A stretch of DNA of 21,098 nt from Archangium sp. (GTDB taxonomy: Bacteria > Myxococcota > Myxococcia > Myxococcales > Myxococcaceae), in assembly GCA_031367385.1 (NCBI GenBank), contig JANLPS010000242.1:1-21098 (forward strand). Direction: 5' to 3'. Position numbers and translations under genes: made by a program. Shown piece by piece: positions 15,867 to 21,098 of this stretch. Below the pieces are notes generated by a model. That model saw nothing but the letters and a program-made list of their open reading frames with translations, had not been told where the DNA came from and made no database searches. Within the stretch, counting starts at the first letter, position 1, and every line of letters starts with the position of its first letter.

Positions 15867-18356
15867 TCACCCTGCCCGCTCCGAAGGCGATCGGCGTCTC
15901 GTTCTCATCGCGACCACCAGCATCGCCAGCGGCAACCCGCCGGCCGAATTGCAATCACAGCCGACGCCATAGCGCAGCGCCTGCGCCGCTCCGCCACCCC
16001 CCGGTCCTCCGCCATCGTCGATGCTGGCGCTGGCGCCCGAGTCGAGCTGAGCGGTACCGGCATCATCGAGCCCAGCGTCGAGCAAGACGATACCCGCATC
16101 TTCAGTGGCGCCGGCATCAACACCCGCGTCGTCTCCGCCGTCGACCGTGCCGGCGTCGACCAAGCCCCCATCGACCGTGCCGGCGTCGACCACGCTTGCG
16201 TCTGGTGAGCCGGCGTCAACGAAGCCCGCGTCGACCACGCTCTGGCCGCCGTCGCCTGCGGTAAATTCGAAGATCGAAAGCATCGCGCGGTCGGTCGGCC
16301 CTTCGACGAACGGCTGTCGAACGACTTCGGCCATGAACAGTTGGTTGGGCCCGACCGGCCGCAACTCTGGGCAGCTCGCCGTGCTGCTCGGCCAGGGTGA
16401 GCGAAGCAGGCCTCCATCGGGTTCGATCACAAGCCAATCCAACGGTGCGTCAATCGTGTTCATTTGCCGTGCACAGAAGTGATGTCGCTGCCCGTCGAAG
16501 GCCCCGGTGACGGCGATGAGCGGAGAGGGCAACGTCTGGCGCGGGCCCACTCCGCCGTCGAAACCGCCACATTGGTACCCGTCGAACCCTGCCAAGCAGA
16601 CCGCGTCGCCCGCCAGGTACATCGTGCTGTAGTAGCCGGTGGGTATGGTGGCCATGACTTGCGGGGTATTGGTCTGATCGATGCGGTACACGTCGGTCGG
16701 CCCGGTCGAGCTGATGCCCGCGACGTACAGGGTGTCGCCCTGGCTCAGTGTGCTGATTTGAAAAAAATCAGACGAGGGAGTGACACTGATCGTGCTCTGC
16801 GCGACTCCATTCAAGTCGATGATCGTCGAGCGAAAGCCATAACGCATCGTCGCCGGGTTGTAGGTGATTTGCAGCACATCGATGAAGGTCGACGTAGAGG
16901 CCAGGGTCGCGGCCGCGAGCGAAAAAGAGGGAGCGAGCTCGGTCACCTTCAGCGTCGCATTCGCGAGCACCTGGGCTCGAAACAGACGCTTGGCCTGGGG
17001 GTCGTAGACCAACGCCGAATCTCCGAATGCTGCCGCGGAGACGTCGAAGCCATAGGGGTCGAGGGTGATCACGGCCGCGGGTGTGAGTGGCGACAGATCG
17101 CTCGAGAATCGTCGAACGCCGATCGACGGCCGCCCTTGCCTGCTGTCGACCCACACCGCGAAGCCAGCCGCGCCACTGACCTCGGGCGCCCAATGCACGT
17201 TGTGCTGCCAATTGACCCGAGGGCGAAGCGTGACCAAGCCGCCGGCGGGGGCCAACGAGGGAGTCATGGCACGCGCGGAATACCCAGAATTCACCGTCGG
17301 CCAAGCGGCCAGCAGCAAGGGAGCTGCGCCCCCGAAGACGACCGGCAGCGCCCTGAAGCCATACGTCGGCAGCCCACCATCAAAATCGGGAAACGGGTCG
17401 ATCGGTGCCGAAAAGGTGCCCGCGTCATCGACCATGGTGAGGCGCATCGAGGCGAAATCGGCTGTGTGCCCTGTCAGAAGAAAACCGTCGCCATTGCCCG
17501 GCCCGAAGCCGTCGTACCCAGAGAGCGGTATGTCGGCGGCATCGAGCACGTTGCCCTGAGCGTCAAGCCGGCGCCCGAAGAGATCTGAGCCAGCGAGGCC
17601 ACCGTTCGAGACGACCAACAGCTGCCTGCCAGAGCGAATCGCCTGGGGGAAGAAGAAGGTATTGGGGTCGATGGCGAACGACGCCGTCGACGTGGTCGCG
17701 AACGTCACCGGGTCGACGAAATCGACGTTGAGCGGGTTGGCGTTGGGTTGAGCTCGCATCGAGACCACGACGTATTTGCCGGGCACACTCGCGGTTCTGA
17801 CCGCGCCGGCCAGCCGACCGTCGACGGCTGGCCCCACGCCACCATCGCCCTCGAATGCTTGAAACCGAAGAAAGGGCTCGCCGGGCCCGATTCTGACGGT
17901 GCTGACGTACGCGCGGTTTTTGCCTTCGATGAGCTCTTGGCCCGAAAACAGCTCGGGGGGGAGCGCCAGTGAGATGAACGGGCCCTGGCATGAGTGACCG
18001 AAATTCGAAAGCGCCGTGTAGTTGGCGCTGAGCACGCGATTCGAGTCGTCGAGCCAGAGCCGTTGCACCGCGAAATACTCGTCGTCGGTGAAGTGAACGC
18101 GGCCTTCGAACGTGCCGTCGGTGAAGAAGGTGATGCAGTCAGCGCCCGCCGAATCGGCTGAGATGACCACGTAGCGATCTCCGTCCCAAATTCCGGCCGT
18201 GCCTTGCTGATAGTTCCACGTCAAGCCGGTGACGGGGTCGTCGACCGCCACGCGCCCTGGGCTCACCGCCTGCCGGCGCACTGCGGTGTGCCCTGCCGGC
18301 GTCGGTCGAGAGCAGCCGGCGAGACACAGCGCGAGACAAACGAGGCGCTCGAGCAT
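15867..18356 (-). CDS. Surface lipoprotein with beta-rich body, DAG/DGG linker and C-terminal MYXO-CTERM-like sorting signal, 829 aa
   Basis: MLERLVCLALCLAGC lipobox; VDAG repeats; tail YGVGCDCNSAGG-LPLAMLVVAM-RTRRR (Cys motif, hydrophobic stretch, Arg cluster). Confidence 0.88.
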   Translation of the reverse strand: MLERLVCLALCLAGCSRPTPAGHTAVRRQAVSPGRVAVDDPVTGLTWNYQQGTAGIWDGDRYVVISADSAGADCITFFTDGTFEGRVHFTDDEYFAVQRLWLDDSNRVLSANYTALSNFGHSCQGPFISLALPPELFSGQELIEGKNRAYVSTVRIGPGEPFLRFQAFEGDGGVGPAVDGRLAGAVRTASVPGKYVVVSMRAQPNANPLNVDFVDPVTFATTSTASFAIDPNTFFFPQAIRSGRQLLVVSNGGLAGSDLFGRRLDAQGNVLDAADIPLSGYDGFGPGNGDGFLLTGHTADFASMRLTMVDDAGTFSAPIDPFPDFDGGLPTYGFRALPVVFGGAAPLLLAAWPTVNSGYSARAMTPSLAPAGGLVTLRPRVNWQHNVHWAPEVSGAAGFAVWVDSRQGRPSIGVRRFSSDLSPLTPAAVITLDPYGFDVSAAAFGDSALVYDPQAKRLFRAQVLANATLKVTELAPSFSLAAATLASTSTFIDVLQITYNPATMRYGFRSTIIDLNGVAQSTISVTPSSDFFQISTLSQGDTLYVAGISSTGPTDVYRIDQTNTPQVMATIPTGYYSTMYLAGDAVCLAGFDGYQCGGFDGGVGPRQTLPSPLIAVTGAFDGQRHHFCARQMNTIDAPLDWLVIEPDGGLLRSPWPSSTASCPELRPVGPNQLFMAEVVRQPFVEGPTDRAMLSIFEFTAGDGGQSVVDAGFVDAGSPDASVVDAGTVDGGLVDAGTVDGGDDAGVDAGATEDAGIVLLDAGLDDAGTAQLDSGASASIDDGGGPGGGGAAQALRYGVGCDCNSAGGLPLAMLVVAMRTRRRSPSERAG
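16008..16257 (-). repeat. Coding low-complexity (V)DAG/DGG repeat
   Basis: VVDAGFVDAGSPDASVVDAGTVDGGLVDAGTVDGGDDAGVDAG...; exact 22-bp duplication tcgaccgtgccggcgtcgacca at 16141 and 16171. Confidence 0.85.
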
Positions 18357-18556
18357 TCGGGCGAGTGTGCCACAGTTTTCAAACCAGGCTTCGAGGCATG
18401 GCCTGGTGTTCTGGAGCTGTGGAAGCTCGCGACCCGTGCACTGAATCGCCCGAAATAGCCGAGCGGCATGGTGAGGAAATGAACGTCATTTCATGACGAG
18501 CCATTCACGGGCATCTCCCCGTCGATTCGCGACGTGAGAGCACCCCGGAGTCACCC

Positions 18557-18667
18557 GTGAAGAAGCCACTGTTCGTCAAGAGTGCCGTTGCGCTGAAGCC
18601 GCTCACCGCCGCGCAGACCGCGACCGTCGTCGGCGGGGGTGGCGCGGACATCGTTCGCCGTACCTGA
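18557..18667 (+). CDS. Small 36 aa peptide with a double-glycine-type leader motif
   Basis: GGAG RBS 6 nt before GTG 18557; MKKPLFVKSAVALKPLTAAQTATVVGG-GGADIVRRT*; mostly G/C-ending codons; below the ORF-track length cutoff. Confidence 0.6.
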   Translation: MKKPLFVKSAVALKPLTAAQTATVVGGGGADIVRRT

Positions 18668-18822
18668 GCAGTGCCTCGCCGCCTGTCGACGCCTGGCGAC
18701 TCCTACCTCGTACTGCGAGGCACTACCCCAAAGAGGGTCAGGTCAACGAGTGAGCGAAGCCAGTGTCTCGAAATTGTGGCGCGCTCGAGCATGGCCCGGT
18801 GAATCATCGCGCCTACCAATGC

Positions 18823-18987
18823 CGGCTGACTGCCGAGCGGCTGGCCATCGCGCTTCGCAGCATGGTGACTGACGCAACGATGATCGAGAAGGCTCGGGTC
18901 ATCGGCGTGAAATTGCGCGCCGAAGACGGGGTGACGGAAGCCGTTCAGCGACTCACTTCGATGGGAGCAGCGCTTGGAATTTCATGA
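18823..18987 (+). pseudogene. C-terminal remnant of a family 1 (sterol glucosyltransferase-like) glycosyltransferase
   Basis: RLTAERLAIALRSMVTDATMIEKARVIGVKLRAEDGVTEAVQRL matches the typical terminal helices (LT.E.LA.A....D..M...A..LG...RAEDG...AV). No upstream part of the gene is present. Confidence 0.65.
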
Positions 18988-19006
18988 CACGTCAGGGGCG
19001 AGAGCA

Positions 19007-19693
19007 TCAGCGCGGCCCGGGCAATTCTAAAACTGGAGTGAGCGCGTAGAAATTGAAGAAATGTTTACCCACGTTGGTCCACGACGTTTGAAGAATGACG
19101 AGCTTCGTGCCCTCGACGAAAACCGACGCATTCGAAATGCCCGCTACCGTGTCGTAGAGCTGAGTGAAGATCGCCGTGTCATGCGAGAAGTGAGTCACAC
19201 GCACGTCTTCGCGGCCATCTTCTTTGACCTTTTCTTCACGGCTCTCGATCAGGTGAGCGACTGGCTGAGGTCGCTTCGAGAAGTCGAGGCCCAGAACGGC
19301 CATTTCTGCTTTCGCGTCGGCAAGCGCCCGCTTCGCGTCTCGCTGTCTGGTGCACTGACCGCGGCTCGTCGCGGCTCGATTCACTTCGAACGACTTCGTG
19401 ACCTTGTTTTCCGCGAATGACCAGAGCAGCAGGGTCACTCCACTCTTCGGGTGCGCTTTCATGCCCGGGTAGTGGCAGTCGATGCTGGCACCGCGCTCAA
19501 CCTCGTCGCCCTCGTCAATGTGCTGGGTGACGCGAATCGCGGCGAAGCCGGCGCGCATCGACAGAGCCACCACCTCGACCGCATCGACCTCGTGACCCTC
19601 GTCTTCAATGAAGGGTTCGAGGCGCAGCTCTGGTACCTCGGTCGCCGACTGCGCCAACGCCACCGTGAGCACGAGGGCAATCACCTCGCTCAT
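19007..19693 (-). CDS. Hypothetical secreted protein, 228 aa
   Basis: GGAG RBS; hydrophobic N-terminus MSEVIALVLTVALAQS; two Cys; no family recognised. Confidence 0.78.
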   Translation of the reverse strand: MSEVIALVLTVALAQSATEVPELRLEPFIEDEGHEVDAVEVVALSMRAGFAAIRVTQHIDEGDEVERGASIDCHYPGMKAHPKSGVTLLLWSFAENKVTKSFEVNRAATSRGQCTRQRDAKRALADAKAEMAVLGLDFSKRPQPVAHLIESREEKVKEDGREDVRVTHFSHDTAIFTQLYDTVAGISNASVFVEGTKLVILQTSWTNVGKHFFNFYALTPVLELPGPR

Positions 19694-19763
19694 GCTACGA
19701 CTCCACTCACGTCTGGCATCACCAGATGAACGCCGAAATCAGGCCCGACGTCACAACACGCCG

Positions 19764-20876
19764 CTACTTGCGGAGGGCAGACGCGAAGTCGTTGACGACG
19801 CCGCGAATGGGCTTGCCGCCCATGCTCAACCCACGAAGCTCGAAATTGTACTCGCCAATGAAATCATTCATGCCCGTGTAGGCCTCGCCCGTCGTGTATC
19901 GGGCCGAATCGTAGAGACCCTTCATCGACTGAAAGTCAGCGGACATCGTGACGGTGTCTCCGTTGCGTTCGTACGAGGGCTTCGAGGCCCCAGGGGTGTT
20001 GACGAACTTGACGGCCACGTTCTTGAGCCCGAGGGCCTTCGCGTCGATCTGCTCGAAAGCCGCTCGAATCAGAGGGGCGGCCATCTGTGCGACGTCACCT
20101 CGAAGAACGCTGTCGGGGAAGTTCGCGAAGCTTTTCGTGTCGTACTTCAGCGAAACCGGCACGCCCTGCGTCGCGGCGCCACTGTCGAGACTGAAGGCGT
20201 AGGTCTGAAACTGCCCAGCGACCGGCAGCATGATGCGATCGCGCGCCGCCTTGCCCGTGCCGTAGTCGCCCGGTGGCAGATAGAAGGGGTCGTCTTTCGC
20301 GAAGGTTTGCCGCAGGCCCGGGTCGGTCATCAACCCTTGCTGGTTCGGCCACTGCGCCCATGAGGCGGGTCGATTCGGCCCGGCGGGTGGCGGCGTCACA
20401 ACCGGAGCGAGTTTCGAGACGTCGGTTTCGGCGACCGGAGCGGCTGGTGCGCCAGAGAGCGCAGCGGTGAGCTTCTCAATGAGCGCCGCGGCGGTCTTCT
20501 TGGCGGCTTCGACGTCAGTGCCATTGCCCGCATACGCTCGGTCGAAGTCACCGCGCAGAATCGACTGCTGCAGGCCGATCGAGTCTTGCATGGCCTGCCT
20601 CTGCTCAGCCGTGAGGCCCGTTTCAACGGCACTCGATGGAGGCGGGGTGGTTTGAACCAGCGCTCCGGTCACAGCAGAGATGCGAAAGAGGGGCGCGTGC
20701 GAGAGCGCAGGCGCCGGGAGCGATGCCGCGAGAGCCGGGGACGCTTTGTCGTTTTCGAATCGGCTCCGCGCTGGGTGCCCAGATGAGGCGGGGCCGGGGA
20801 CCCCGGGCTTTTCCTTAGTGACTTCAAGGGGTTCGAGAACCCCTGAGTGCCCGGCGATCGGCGGTTTGACGTGCAT
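19764..20876 (-). CDS. Hypothetical protein (~370 aa) with a Pro/Ser-rich disordered N-terminus
   Basis: Long ORF with GC3-biased codons in the C-terminal two thirds. Start is probably ATG 20876 (MHVKPP); GTG 20915 is the alternative. Confidence 0.8.
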   Translation of the reverse strand: MHVKPPIAGHSGVLEPLEVTKEKPGVPGPASSGHPARSRFENDKASPALAASLPAPALSHAPLFRISAVTGALVQTTPPPSSAVETGLTAEQRQAMQDSIGLQQSILRGDFDRAYAGNGTDVEAAKKTAAALIEKLTAALSGAPAAPVAETDVSKLAPVVTPPPAGPNRPASWAQWPNQQGLMTDPGLRQTFAKDDPFYLPPGDYGTGKAARDRIMLPVAGQFQTYAFSLDSGAATQGVPVSLKYDTKSFANFPDSVLRGDVAQMAAPLIRAAFEQIDAKALGLKNVAVKFVNTPGASKPSYERNGDTVTMSADFQSMKGLYDSARYTTGEAYTGMNDFIGEYNFELRGLSMGGKPIRGVVNDFASALRK

Positions 20877-21098
20877 TTGAGAGGTCTTTTTTCGATCTTT
20901 GAAGACGGTTCTCACATTATCGAAGATTGAAAGAAAAGATTGCCGGCGACGTTTCGAATGGGTGCACGTTCGATTTCAGCAACGCCTGGCGGCCGAGAAA
21001 AATGAAGCAATGAGATCAACTCTTTGCGAAATGTGACGATCACCCCTGCATGACTGAAGAAGAACGAGAAAACGTCTTAGCCGTTGAGAAACTTCGCG

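Overview
GC-rich bacterial DNA, probably Myxococcota (inferred from a MYXO-CTERM-like tail, DAG/DGG repeats, Gly-rich linkers and sigma54-type promoters). Almost all real genes are on the minus strand, and most plus-strand ORFs in the track are antisense shadows. From left to right: two tandem paralogous M4 (thermolysin/vibriolysin-type) lipoprotein metalloproteases whose upstream regions keep a sigma54-like promoter and equally spaced upstream boxes; a secreted VIT-vWA-TPR-DUF2135 protein; a TPR protein fused to a Lon (S16) protease domain with an intact Ser-Lys dyad but no AAA+ module; a REP-like inverted repeat; an HscC-like Hsp70 with no J-protein nearby; a small lipoprotein; a 753 aa orphan; a decayed zone (frameshifted PAS-HisKA gene, deleted hisN-hisIE remnant); a lipoprotein with a MYXO-CTERM-like tail; an unannotated 36 aa double-glycine-leader-like peptide; a glycosyltransferase C-terminal remnant; and two hypothetical genes. 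The best candidate for an undescribed system is the HscC-like Hsp70 + TPR-Lon protease (+ VIT/vWA) module. All assignments come from motif reading by eye; no searches were run.
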